From Dicyema japonicum (lineage: Eukaryota; Animalia; Dicyemida): DNA of 64,000 bases. Within the stretch, counting starts at the first letter, position 1, and the number at the start of each line of letters is the position of its first letter. The stretch spans positions 1,556,774 through 1,620,773 of the forward strand of contig RDEW01000003.1 of NCBI GenBank assembly GCA_011109175.1. The letters run 5' to 3'. Both the position numbers and the translations under genes were made by a program. The notes under the pieces are model-generated. The model saw nothing but the letters and a program-made list of their open reading frames with translations. It did no database searches and was not told the origin of the DNA. Shown here one piece after another: positions 37,200 through 49,944 of the stretch.

Positions 37200-37765
37200 A
37201 TAGGTAAATAAAAGAGTAAATAATCATATAGTGGCTGCACTGGCTGCGTGGCTATTTCCTCTCAGGATAGCGAGCGAGATTCGCTAAAATAACCAGCAGC
37301 GCTCACCAGGGTCTCCTGTTAGTGTATCGATCCGATTCCCTAGACGACTCAAGAATTCCACCGTCGCAGGTGCAAGGGAACCAGACGTCTCAGCGGCGAG
37401 TAAAGCAAACAAAAAATCCTTGGGTAGGACCGCGTACTTTTTCCATTTCAACTTCTCAGCCTTCTTAGCTGCAGAACAGGCACCAGAGGCACTCTGGAGT
37501 AGGTCGCAAGAGGTAAACGTGTCGGTGCAGGTGATTTCCCAGACAAGAGGTTTACCAGCTTCAAAAGGGAAGATTGTCATCCTACGTGGTCGTTTCTTTC
37601 CCCGCCTGCAAAGACCGACTGGTTCGAGCATGGAGGGGTGTTTTTCGGCGTCCAAAGCTCTCCTAACGACTTCGTTCAAGGCTATGTGTTTGGGAAATCT
37701 GCCTGCACTCTTCCTGCAGGAGAGAGGGTGTAATCCAAAACAGTCGATCTGTAGTAATCCATTAA
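37200..37765 (-). mobile_element. CRE-like element 3' segment (CCHC + REL)
   Basis: GLHPLSCRKSAGRFPKHIALNEVVRRAL, LEPVGL, IFPFEAGKPLVWEITCTD, AAETSG. Confidence 0.9.
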
Positions 37766-37769
37766 AATG

Positions 37770-39050
37770 AACCGGATCCTGTCTGGGGTTTTTCCCAAGT
37801 TATCCGCCATGTCCTGTTCTCCGCCAATTTGATAGCTTTCAATAAGAAGGACGGCGGAGTACGACTGGTTGCGGTCGGGTTTGTCTTCAGAAGACTGGCT
37901 GCTAAAATTGCCTCCAGACATTCTATTCCACTCGTCACAAAATTCTTGAATCCCCCTCAAGTAGGCGTCGGTATTCACTTGGGATGCGAGGCTGCTGTTC
38001 AATCAGTGAGGACATTCATAACCCGCGATATAGAAGATTCCCGGGAACATGTCCTGGTCAAACTAGACATCAAGAACGCCTTCAATAGTCTAAGGAGGGA
38101 CAATATCTTGGAGGCGTGTGTTGAGAGATGCTCTAATATTTTCGAATTTGTGAGTCAGTCATACAACCTACCTTCATCCATACTTTTCGGAGACGATCTA
38201 ATCCATTCCTATTCTAAAGTGCAACAGGGAGATCCCCTTGGACCCCTATTGTTTTGTCTTGCACTGGAGAAAATCACCAAACTTCCGCGCTCGCCTCTCA
38301 ACCTATGGTATCTGGATGATGCGGTCCTCGGAGGAGCCGCGAATACTTTTTTCCGGGATTTTGATTGATAATTCCAGCACTTTTGGAAGCTGGACTGGAA
38401 GTAAATTACACTAAATGCGAAATCTACAATTGTGGACTTTCAGAAGAGAAGTATTCAAAAGCTTTGTCATGTTTCGGAAATTTACTGACTGGAAGTATTT
38501 CCACACATGATGAAGACCTTGTATTCTTCGGATCCCCAATCACTATAAATGCAATGGGAAGAGCTATGTGTGAAAAACGACGCTACTCGGAGAGACTCTG
38601 AACCGCTTGTGTCTACTTGATATGCATACAGCATTATTCCTTTTGAAAAACAGTCTCAACGTACAGAGGCTTGCACATGTCCTGAGGACTGCTGTTTATT
38701 TCACCCTGTATGAGCAACTCGCACAGATTAACGAGATTTTTCGTACGACAGCGGAACGTATCTTCAACTTCCGGTTCGAGGATTACTCATGGAAGCAAGC
38801 CACGCTGCCAGTGAGACTTGGAGGACTTGGAATTTGGAACCCTGTGGACCTTTCTTTCCCTTCATACCTATTATCGCTAGTGGGCTGTAGCTCCCATGTC
38901 GAAAGGATTCTACACTCCATACCAGAATTCTCAATTGACCAAGACATAACCCACGCACGAGAAGCCAATGGTACGATGACACGTATATAGGAAAGAGATT
39001 TGGGCCCTAGAATCCCCGAAATTTCGTTGCGACGGGATTGAAAATAAACT
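37770..39050 (+). mobile_element. CRE-like RT segment, inverted relative to its 3' segment
   Basis: AFNKKDGGVRLVAVG, KLDIKNAFNS, VQQGDPLGPLLFCL, WYLDD, LPVRLGGLG. Confidence 0.9.
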
Positions 39051-39375
39051 ATCATAAAACCACGTATTTATTTATCCAAGGTTCCTTCGAGTGAAAGAAA
39101 CAGACGGCTAACAAGAACGTCACAGCTAAGAGCGGATGCTCACAGAGATCCAACAGGTGTATTTGATTCTGTGCAGAACACGTAGATGGACCAAGACAAT
39201 AGGTGACCCGTATAGACGTAAATTAAAAAAACATTTTAATTTCATAACATAATAGTTTTACATATAAATTAATTAAATTTATTAATATATAATTAAAAAA
39301 GACACATTTAAATATATCTTGAATATTGTGCGCACTTTGTGGTAATTTTTATAAAGATTTATTTGTCAAAATATT

Positions 39376-41399
39376 ATGCCTACTTTGGGGTATTAAAACT
39401 TTTTTTATTATCTTTTACTACTTAGATCGGATAGCAAATCTTTTATCAAAATAAAGATGTACCGATTAATGTTTTATCACGGAATAAAAAGAAGGTTGAC
39501 CTTAAGGTTTCACTTTTAAAATTATTAGAAATTTGATTTTCCTGTTAATTGTGCTATTTTTAACTGTTTTAATGATTTATTCTATTAATAACAAATACAG
39601 AATGCACAAAGACATTCCAAGTATTTTTAATATTTGATAAAGCTATTAACTCGCTTTTATTAAATGAGATTAACAAATATAACGAAAAAATATCAACTGG
39701 GGGTGTTTACTATTTTTTTGAATTAGAAAATGCTCAATATGCTACTTTTTTTGGTTGAGCTTATTTATTTATAAACAGGGAATGGACACATTGGAGTTTA
39801 TTTTAATGATATTGACTCTCGTTTATATTATTCTAATGACCAACATAATGCCATGAAATTAGCTGAAATCAATCCTCTTTTCAGACCCACAGAGTCCCCT
39901 GGTTTGAGATTCCATGTTAGTTGACTAGTTTTGTATTTTATGGATTTTGAAGATGGGTGTATGAATATGTTTTACTCATTCCCGAAAATTGTATTCCACT
40001 ACTTTAACTTTAGAGTGGATTTGTTCTTAGAGAAACCCTTGCTGTCCATCGGGGAAAAAAATCAGTCATACTACAGCAATTTCAACTCGAAAATGACTCA
40101 GTTTGAGTATAATAATTGTAGAATGATAAGGTGGAGATAGAATTGAATCTTCCGTTTATTGAATCACATAATGGAGATCATTTCGATTTGCAAGATTTTA
40201 TTGCATTTAAATATCCAATCCTATGAATTGTCTGTTTATACGCTCTAAAAAGAAAAAAGTCAGCGTTCCTCCTAAAAGGTTCTCAGTTTAATAATAAAAC
40301 AGTAATAATTCTTTTATTTTTCTGACATTTTTCGTTTGCAGTGAGAATGGAATCGCGTTTTCTCAGCCTGATGCTCAGGCTCTGATAAATCAGGTTATTG
40401 GCTCGGAGGTTAACGATTCTTTCAAGTCAATTTACAATACACATTTTAAAATATGGAAACACGTATGTTTTATATATTATTAATAGGCAAGATCAATCAA
40501 CATAATTCTAAGTCATTCGAAAGCGCCAAAAGCTGTCAATTCTCAGTTGGTCAAGGCTACGTCTTACTATATCCTTAGTAATACTAAAATAAAAAACAGT
40601 GCATTCTTTGATTATCCTGAATTTGATGATTTAAATGGTTGTTACTCCGGAAATCCTACTTTGTATAAATTTTATTGTTATTTTAAAGATTTGTCGCCTC
40701 GTTGTGGTCATATGATCTAACAAAAATAGAAAACATTTTTAGCATGACTCATATATGGTTTATCACCCTTAGCAATGGGGGTTGTTTGAATACTTTAAAA
40801 TCCGTCAATGGAATTATTACTGCATTCTTTCTTAGCATCGGCTCTTTTAAATTTACTCATCAACATTTTGAAATTAATATGTCACCTGCTGATATGCATA
40901 GGGAAATTATATTTCTCAATTTTAAATATAGACCAACTTTTTTAACGTAAAAATTTCACTTGCTTCTAACAATAAACCTTATCTCTCCATATCTCTCGAT
41001 CACGAAGATGTCCCAATGTATGCGTGTGGAGGTGCTTGCTTTAGTCCTGCTACAAAAATTAGGTTTATTATTTATTAATTTTGTAGTACTTATCCAAAAT
41101 CATTGGTAGTAAAACAAACTGTCCCCCAATCTCCAATTTTATACCTGTCTACTGATATTAATCACATTAACTTGCTTAAATATGCAATTCATGTTGATTC
41201 TGTTAATGATGGTATCTGTAATTTCAAACGTTTAGCTCCCCCCCACGGAAGTTCAATTATTACAATACACAGACATGGAAGCATTTTTGCAGATCTACCT
41301 ATGGTCTTTTGGATCATTGTTATCATCGTCGTCGTTTTCCCTCACATTGCTCTTGGAATTTGTCTTTACAAGGAATTAATTAAAAATGGATCAAAGTGA
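39376..41399 (+). CDS. KIAA2013: KIAA2013 / DUF2152 family membrane protein, many tiny introns
   Basis: N-terminal TM, GNGHIG, LAVHRGKKSVILQQFQLEN, C-terminal PILYLSTDINH..LPMVFWII..HIAL..LYKE parallel human LAHRGRPHVYLQRIQLNN and LYISTDLTH..LPFLFW..HLFL..IYNE (recalled). Confidence 0.75.
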
Positions 41400-41481
41400 T
41401 TTTTTAATTTCTTGTTTTGTCTCAACTAAGCAAAAATAAACAAAAATCAAGTAGAAAGTAAACAAAATCAAATTGAAGGAA

Positions 41482-42387
41482 TCACATAGAACATCCAACT
41501 AAGCAGCTATCGATCACAACTTGATCGGTAGAGTCAGATTTATCCAAAATTCCACGAAAAACATTCAAAGCACGTATACCGCCAATAGATGATAGTGCCT
41601 CCACTGCCTCATGACGTACCATAGGGGCCTCAGTTTCGCATTCAGAGCAGTCTTTAAGTGCATCAAATGAAAGATCATTTTGTAATTGACCAAGAACATA
41701 AGCTACTTCATGTCTGAACAAAGAAGAACCACATTTCAACCCAAGATTGAGAATTTTTACAGATTCATTTGAGTTAATATTTCTTAAAGAAAAAATAGCC
41801 CTGTATCTTCTATACAAGGTTTCATTATCGTCCAACAAAATATTTTTAAGTTCTTCAAGCGAAAGTGATTTGTCAAATGGATATGCGGGATCAATAGAAA
41901 GATAATTGGAATCAGAGGGTCCGTTTGACCCTCCATTCTCAATAAAATCCAATTTCTCCAAGCGAGAGTGCACGTTTCTGATAACTAAAATTATATTAAC
42001 ACAAACTTCAATAAAATTTGAAGCTGAATGCTTTTTTAAGGCAGATATAACCTCTGGTGAAGAAACACCAATAGCACCTAATGCTTCTCCTAAAGCAATA
42101 TTAATACAATGAAAACCACACTCATGTCTAGTTATGACATCTTGCTTTTCGTCATTTAGATTCTGGAGGAGAATAGGAATAGCTGCAGGATTCTGTGTCT
42201 GTCCCAAAACATAGGCACATTCGTGTTTAAGTAAAGTTGATTTATCACAAAATAGTTTTGATATTTCTTTTATTGTATCGTCCCCGGGAAAAGATAAAAG
42301 TTTTAAAAGAGAATTAAATCTTTCTGATATTGGACGATTTATATCATTTACAATTTTTGATAGAGAAAAGACAGAATCAACAACCAT
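41482..42387 (-). CDS. DOHH: Deoxyhypusine hydroxylase (two tiny introns hidden in the apparent ORF)
   Basis: Four HE iron-binding motifs: LLKHECAYVLGQ, TRHECG|EALGAIG, LFRHEVAYVLGQ, VRHEAVEAL; YLSIDPA linker; LYRRYRAIFSLRN. Confidence 0.95.
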   Translation of the reverse strand: MVVDSVFSLSKIVNDINRPISERFNSLLKLLSFPGDDTIKEISKLFCDKSTLLKHECAYVLGQTQNPAAIPILLQNLNDEKQDVITRHECGFHCINIALGEALGAIGVSSPEVISALKKHSASNFIEVCVNIILVIRNVHSRLEKLDFIENGGSNGPSDSNYLSIDPAYPFDKSLSLEELKNILLDDNETLYRRYRAIFSLRNINSNESVKILNLGLKCGSSLFRHEVAYVLGQLQNDLSFDALKDCSECETEAPMVRHEAVEALSSIGGIRALNVFRGILDKSDSTDQVVIDSCLVGCSM

Positions 42388-42478
42388 GAGTCACGTTATT
42401 TTAAAATATTTCATTTATTTAAAAATTAATTAACACCCCACTTTATTTAACAAACAATAAAAAAGTTAATATATTTAA

Positions 42479-44150
42479 TCAACAACCTTCCTCGCCTGCC
42501 TGTTCGCCAGCCTCCTCAGGCAGGTTCGATTCTGGTTGCTGAAACAACTCCGAGAGCGCCTTGTCTAATTGAACCCTCTGCCCATATGGCATCTCAGGGC
42601 TCTGCCTCCTATACTCCAGTGTCAGGCTCTCTAGGGTCCGCTTTAACACAGTGGACTGTAGATAGGCCTGGAGCTTCCTATCTACCCCCAGCTGCTTCAG
42701 ATAACCCTTGTGGTACTTTGTTGCAATTCCTTCCCACGTCATTACTATAGGAATAACGAGGACCTTGCAACCAAGCATCTGCCCCATCTCGTTTGCAAGA
42801 AAGTCATACTTCCTTTTTTTCTCCACCTCCACAGTCTGCAAACGGTCTTGAGACGTGATGCCAACCTCTATGATAAGGACTTGGCCAGACTCCTTATCGT
42901 GTACCACAATGTCCGGTTTATTGTGCTTGACTAGCACCGAGGTACGGATAACACTGTCTACCTTAATTTGGACCCTGGTGTTCTCTACTACAGATTGCAC
43001 CTTATGAGTCCGCAACTTTCTGGTGTGGCGAATACCATACTTATTGCATAGTAGAAGATGAAGACTCCTTACTACCTCGTTGTGCCTCCACACATAGTCG
43101 TGGCAGAGCATGGATCCACATCGAGTGGCTAAATGATCAACCGACATGCTCCTTGACTTACAGTGGGGACATGTATTTGTTGATCGACCCCAAAAAATAT
43201 TGCGGTCTTGCATATACGTGTACAACGCCTCCGATCGAGGTGAGTTGTCACCGTATTTTAGCCATATTGTCGACGACTTAAGGTTGACATGTGGGTTGTC
43301 CAATGCTCTGAAGAGGACCTTATGAAGGCTTTTTAATTTGATCTTTTCCATCAAATTATTATATTGTAATTCGATCAACGCCTTCACAATTACTAGCCCA
43401 CCATCATCAACACTATAATTAGAAGACAAAAAAGGTCTGATAGTGCCTAGGTGGGTTGCCCGTGTTTTCTCGGTCGTTATTATGGCGTGCTTCCTAGCAG
43501 ACACACTTGACCCAGCTATCAGGGTGTCGTGCATTCGCATTAGGATACGCTCACTTAGTTGGACTACTCCACACAGTCCACGGCCGAATTTATCACGGGG
43601 TAAATCAGGCATTATAAGGGACTTTGGAGATTCGGTAACACCCAGATACTTATATCCTTCGTGTTCCTCTAGGACTCTTACTAACTCGCTACATACTTGG
43701 TGTTAGTCGCAGACTTTGAATAATTCAAATCTAGTCCTATACTCTCAAAGAATTCCCTGGCACAGACCCCCATGGAGTAGAGCTCCTCGGCTGTTCGAGC
43801 ATACATCTTCAAGTCGTCGATAAAAAGAAGGTAATTTGTACTTAAACAAACCCCCTCACAATAACTGGTATTTGCTCAAATCGGTCATTGAGGCGGGGAC
43901 TCAATGGCTCAAAACAAAGAACAAAGAGTAGCGGAGACATGCTATCCCCCTGAAGGATCCCCTCTTGAGTTTTACCTCGCCTATCCGGTGCCTATTATAG
44001 TTCAGATGAATACTCCACCTATTCATCACAGCCACTACAAAGCTGATGAACCACACAGGCATACACAGACTGTGTAGGCACTCGACAAGGTAAGAATGAT
44101 CAACTGAATCGTAAGCCTTCTTCACATCCACCCACATAGACAAAACAATC
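42479..44150 (-). mobile_element. R4/Dong-like REL non-LTR retrotransposon, 5'-truncated, intact 377-aa 3' frame
   Basis: WVDVKKAYDSVDH, LLFIDDLKM, YKYLG, RGL, CPHC..DHLATRC, RHNEV, NKPDIVV, IIEVGI, EKKRKY. Confidence 0.92.
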
Positions 44151-44344
44151 TGCGATTAAACTCAAACAGATTATTTTCTCTCTTTCTCTTACACCGACTT
44201 TCATTAAAAATTAATAAAAATATTAATATAATTTCTTATATTGGATTTTATTCTTTTGAACTGTGAAAGAAACTGAACAAAAATTTTATCGGGAAGTTTT
44301 CTGAAAAAATTTAATGGGAATTCAATTGGTTGTATTTTTCTGCT

Positions 44345-44605
44345 TGCTTGTCTGTTCCTCCTCTCTCTTCCTATTAGAGTGGCGTTATGTGATCCACCTG
44401 TCTAGGTGACGCCCAGTGCCAGGCCGGCACAAAAAAGGATCATTTGCTCTCCCCCCACTCCATCGGAGGGGTTTCCACAACTGCATGTAATGGACGTCTT
44501 ACCTTTTATGCTGATTCTGGATGGACTCTGTTTCTGTAGAAGTGGAAACTGGATGCACTTAATTAGTTGTTTACTTTAACTTTTTTCTCGGTGTTTCCTG
44601 GGTTA
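44345..44605. repeat. Structured repeat family C, copy 2 (best-paired)
   Basis: Five mutually compatible helices at 44381-44442; aligns with 32640 and 54935. Confidence 0.85.
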
Positions 44606-44639
44606 ATAAAAAATAAATAAATCGGGAATATTGAAGATT

Positions 44640-45590
44640 TCAACAAAACCAGAGGACCGCTTGAAAATTTGCGAAATTCATTACGCAAAGTCTTAGCAAA
44701 CATTGTGCTTGAACGAATAAAAGGACCTGCTTACAAATACCTACAAGATAGTCGAAGTGGTTTTCGAGAAAGGAGATCCACAGCTGATGCGGTCTGGAGT
44801 CACAGATGGAAGTGTGCAACATATCAAAGATACCATAACGCCACCAATATTCTAGGAATGACAAGTTAATGGAAGTACTGAGCGGATTTCTGGATGAGTC
44901 GAGTCTAAGAATGACCCGAATTCTACTTTTTAACACTGAGCTCCCTGTGAGAATCGGAAAGACCTATTCAAGAAAATTTGAAACAAACACGGGCACTCCA
45001 CAAGGAGACTCCCCTTCTCCTCTACTATTCACAATTTATTTGGAAGCCGCTATGAGGCAACTTAGACCGTTATACCAAGGAAAGACGGAAGAAGTGATCT
45101 ACGCGGACGATGTAGACCTAATTTCTGAAGACAAAGATGTCCTGGAACACCTATTAGAAAAAGCACCAGATGTACGAGGGAAATGGTTTCTTACTGTGAA
45201 CAGAGAAAACAGAACTCACAGAGATAAGAAGGATGAGTAACGTCCTAGAAGAGAAGTTGCGACAAGTAAAGAAACTCGGTTCACTTATAAGAGATAGCGA
45301 AGATATCTTACGTAGGAAAACTCTAGCCAATGCTGCGTTATATAAACTGAAGAATCTATAGCTCAATTAAAGAGGTATCAACACGAAAATAAGAATCCTA
45401 TTATACGACTCATTCATAAAACCCGTACTTTTATATAACGCTGGAACTTGGGGGACCTCATCAGCGGATATGGAAAGACTAGACTAGTTTCGCAGAAGTC
45501 AGCTGAGAAAAATAACAGGAACTACTTAACCTACGAGAATATCGAGAAATGCTTTATATCAAAGATGCAGCACTAGACCTATCAGCTAAA
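44640..45590 (+). mobile_element. RTE-like LINE RT remnant
   Basis: SGFRERRSTAD, GTPQGDSPSPLLFTIYLE, IYADDVD, KKLGSL, YNAGTWG. Confidence 0.88.
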
Positions 45591-45649
45591 AGTACTGGAA
45601 TCCCGATGGAAGCTCTTCGGAAAGTTATAACATAGATAACTTTCACATC

Positions 45650-47650
45650 AATCTGAACTCCATCCAAATCTTCTGAGAGTTCCTTAATATACGACCGATC
45701 CTTAACCAGGGCGGTCAAGAGAGAGAAATCAGGATTTGTAGTGTAAGCAAGCTTCAAAACAAAATTCCGCGCTTTCTTAAGAATTGAACCCTTAAATCGT
45801 ATTATCCCCAAAACCGAATATAGGGAAAATCACGGAGTTGAACGCACAAAAAAATCTCTGGCTCCAGTTTAAATTTTCCAGCAAAATCCTCGTGGCTTTC
45901 TTCTTATTTGCTTCAATTACCTCCCTCGTCGATATGGAAGGTATTTCATAGTCTTCTTCTTAGGTATGTCTTGCAACGAGCTCTGTAGATTAGCCTTCCA
46001 GTTACCTTTAACAGACTAGACTTCTCATGTGCAATAGAAATAAAGTAGTATATCATACTTTTGTAGTACATCGTTACGCTCTGTTAAACATGATGCTCTC
46101 CATAATTCGGGAGATTGTCAGTCAATAGCATTGTCTTTAGTGCATTTTACTGCATCTTAAACTTCTTTGGAATTTATAAGGCTATGACTTTCTGACTCTC
46201 CTCTTAGAAAACAAAGGGCCATATGAGACAGGCGCTTGTCAGGGTTAACCAGCTGTATTTTTGAAAGTTCATCCCAAAATAGGTTAGGAATCTCCTCTAA
46301 GAAAACAGTAGACCCATCCTGTTTTTGCAACAATGGAAATTCTTGGATTTACTCCCAGTCACTCTGTTATAGACTTTCCACTCGGTTTTTCAAGTGTTAT
46401 TTCTACTTCAAGTGTTATTCCAGTTCAAAAGGAACACAACATTTTTGGGGTTAAAAGAGATTTCTTTTTAACCGAATAAACTTTAGTCACATGTGTTTCG
46501 AGAATAATTAGAGAGTTGTTTGATCCCTCAAGATTCAAATAAAAGACCTCGTTAAATAATGCGAACAATGCTTTTTCGATAGTGGTCCTAGTTTATAACT
46601 GATATATTGTAGCCTAAAGGGAGGCTTGACCTCTACTGAGATGAGGTTGAGTTTATACAAGATAGGTAGATGATCGCTAACGATGTCATTAAGCGAGATA
46701 GGTTGTCCCAAGAGTTGAAGAACAGATAAAGACACCAGTGGCATGCTGAAATGATCCCAGCCATTAGAGGAATAGTAATTCGTGGTCGAGGACTTCACAT
46801 CAGTAAATCCAGAAGACACGGATAGAACGAGGCCCTACACAACCAAACGAGGCAGCTTTCGAGTTTAAATCACCTAGGAGGATCGAGAACGACGAATTTT
46901 TATCATATAAAAAAATTCTTGAAAAGATACGAATATGAGCATGAAATTTTCGAATATATCCCTCTGATTTTCATCCAAATTTTTCAACTTGAACGTCCAG
47001 AGAAACAAACTCGAGATATAATCTTAGGTTTCGAATTCTTAGGTTAAGTTTAGAGCAAAGATGTTCCCAGCAACCGAACCAGTCCTCTATTTAATGTCAA
47101 GAGAACAATATCCTCAGGTCGAAAACTATCATCACTCTTTAACTTTGTTTCATTAACAATTAGTATCAGCATGGTTAGTGGATAGCATATTCACAATGTC
47201 TGACACCTTCTTTTAAAGATCTAGCGTTCGCCTTAATAATAATAAGATTAGACTTCACGCCTATAAAACCCCACCTCTCCAAAAAAAAGGTTTGACAGAT
47301 TCCATACGTTGAGTCTTTTTACAATATCAACAACAGAGGTTCTGTTAGTTTTTTTACGACGGACATTTTCACGTGAGATTTCGAGTCCAAACACTTAACA
47401 GCCAAAGAGAAACTAGGTTTTGGAGTTTCCATTAGGTCCAAGTCATCACCTGAGACCCAAGAAGGAATCTCTTTCATAACAACAGTGGACGGATCTAGGT
47501 TGGACGTAGAAAGAACATCAATACCGAATGGGACTTTCAAACCAAAGTCATCAACAAGAATGTCCATGCACTTTTTTGAAGCAAATTCAAATATGAATAC
47601 CACCGTTTTCCTCATCATAATTCGTGCCATATTGGCAGTCGCTTAGCTGA
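45650..47650 (-). mobile_element. Decayed LINE (ORF1-like fragment, APE, start of RT)
   Basis: IVSDHLPIL (APE end motif); 103-aa ORF1-like frame 47319-47630. Confidence 0.55.
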
Positions 47651-48874
47651 AACTCCTATATACTTAATGCATTGAGCCAGGGGTACAGATGAGGTGGTTG
47701 CTGAGAGTGGCAGGGATCACCTAATGGCCGAATTTTTTTTTTCCTAATTTAATGATGATTCTTGGTTTTTAAATAAATTCTTGGGTCATTTCAAAACTTT
47801 GAGAAAAATAGTGATGAGAGAAATGAACCGGCTCCTTACATATTATCATGGGAGATGAATTTTCAATTCTGAGAGCAGCTATGACTGAAAAAACTGTTTG
47901 TATTTAATACAATGATTTAGTCTAAGAAAATAATTTTTTACACATGAAAACTTAAGTCGTTTAATCTTATTTTCTTAATCGTTCTTAATCGGATCCATGA
48001 GCCAGTGATCAAAAATCAAAGAAAGAGTGGTTTTAGAAGCAGGAGATCAACGGGTGATATGACGCGATGTTATAAATTGCGTTATTCAAGGATGATTTGA
48101 AATTCTACGACTATCTTAATAACACTGTGGATCACGGAAAATGGAGTCCCTATTGTTATATATCTGAAATTAGTTTTGCGTTACCCTAGAAAGTTCTACA
48201 GTGTTAAGTTATGGAAATTACTCTAATTGTGTTGACTTTGTCTTAGTTGACAAGGAGTGCTTCAGTATCTACTTGAGGTGTATTGGACCAACTAGGCGAG
48301 CGGTTTTTGTTTATGAACACTTCGAACACCATTCTGATGACGTCAAATGATGGAGTATGTACAAAAGAAAGAAAGACCAAAAAACTTTCCTTCTGTAGAG
48401 ATTCTGAAGATATAACGAGGAGAAATTACACCCAAAATAACAATGACTAAACTAGTTAACAAATTGAAGATGTCCTGTTGTTTTTCCCTTCTTTGTAGAC
48501 CGAAGAAGTCTTTGTAAAGCTCACTTATACATAGGAAATATAAAGTTCGAAAAGAAAATGTTAGGCTCACAACATAGAGTACAGTCCCTTTTAGGACTAC
48601 AATGACCAATCCTAATAAAAAAAGCATTATTCCAAAAAAATGCTAAATTACAGTGGAATCTACTTTAAGAATGAGATGGAAGAATACTTTGAAATATTTA
48701 GTAAAATTTTCGTGGATGTTCACTTATAACGCCTTCGGAAGTTCTCTATGGGAATCTGAGACTTGTGAAAATAACACGAAGTGACCACAAAGAACACAGT
48801 TATATGAAAAGTCTGGTTTCAAAAAGGTGGAACCGGCTAGCAAATAAGATCATCCTATATGAAAGCTATAAAAG

Positions 48875-49140
48875 TCTAATGATCGCTGGTTTGAATCTCG
48901 TTCTCTGTACATTCCGGCTGAAGGTTCCACGCATCTACGATGCTTTGGATTGACGAGTGATGCCGTCATCAGTGAGTATCTCACGGCAGAATCGGATCGT
49001 CTATAAAGGACATACTTGCAACAAAAAAGTAAAGAGCATTCCTTGGTTCTCCCTATACGATTAGTTATCATTACTGATCTCTACTTAATTAAGCGTGTGC
49101 CCTATAGGTGATATGACTCTCGTGAAAGAGAGGCTTTTTG
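48875..49140 (+). mobile_element. SINE family B copy
   Basis: GGTTTGAATC B box and core ggttccacgcatctacgatgctttggattgacgagtgatgccgtcatcagtg. Confidence 0.85.
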
Positions 49141-49229
49141 ATAACTTTACTAAATGATTCAAACTTTATAATGTTTTTGATATTTTTGGTAAAAGGAATT
49201 TTATTGAAGAAAGAAAATAGAGTAAACGG

Positions 49230-49450
49230 TTATATAGAGGCTGCCCAGGCTGGGGCTTTTTTCCCTCTCAAATAGCGAGCGAGATTAACTCAAATAACCA
49301 TCAGCGCTCACGAGGGTCTCCTGTTTGTGTAGCGATCCGATTCCCTAGACGACTCAAGAATTCCAGCGTCGCAGGCGCAAGGGAATCAGACGTCTCAACG
49401 GTGAGTGAAACAAACAAAAAATCCTTGGGTAGGACGCGTACTTTTCTCGT
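49230..49450 (-). mobile_element. CRE-like 3' end fragment
   Basis: Near-identical to 37250-37440 (gatccgattccctagacgactcaagaattcca..). Confidence 0.85.
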
Positions 49451-49559
49451 TTTTTCTTCTTTGGTAAATAATAAAGTGAATGCATGATCATTATAATTTT
49501 ACTGCATCGAATAATGTTTGTTTTTTAAGTTGTCGCATAGTGATCTCATGTAGTGATCT

Positions 49560-49795
49560 AAACCTAGTGAAACTAGGTTTGGTGTTAGGAACGTGAAAAT
49601 AACAAAACTTAAAAAACACTTGTTTTCTTTTTCTTGGGTCCTTTATAGACGATCCGGATCCGCAGTGAAGTTCACTGATGACGGCGTCACTTGTCAAGCC
49701 AAAGCATATTGATGCGTGGAACCTTCAACCTGAATGTGCAGTATCGGAATTTGAACTCTTACCCGGCAAACGTCACACTGCGCCACCCGGCCTTT
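49560..49795 (-). mobile_element. SINE family B copy
   Basis: Reverse complement has TGGCGCAGTG, GAGTTCAAATTCC and the family core. Confidence 0.85.
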
Positions 49796-49944
49796 TTATT
49801 ATTAACAAAATAATTAAAAAATAAAATTATTTTATAGTAAATAATAATTAATGGTTACCCTAATATTTAATAAAAATTAATAATTAAGATCTTTTTAATC
49901 CCAATTCGCAAAAAATTTTGGTTGGATTTATAATTTTTGTACAA

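Noticed and set aside
39900-39945. In-frame TGA in KIAA2013 as readthrough or selenocysteine
   Set aside because: Removed by a 27-nt GT-AG intron (gtttgagattccatgttagttgactag).
41482-42387. DOHH as an intronless 301-aa ORF
   Set aside because: A stop-free 27-nt intron and a 22-nt intron plus a 1-base deletion read through by coincidence (FHCINIAL and VCVNIIL inserts).
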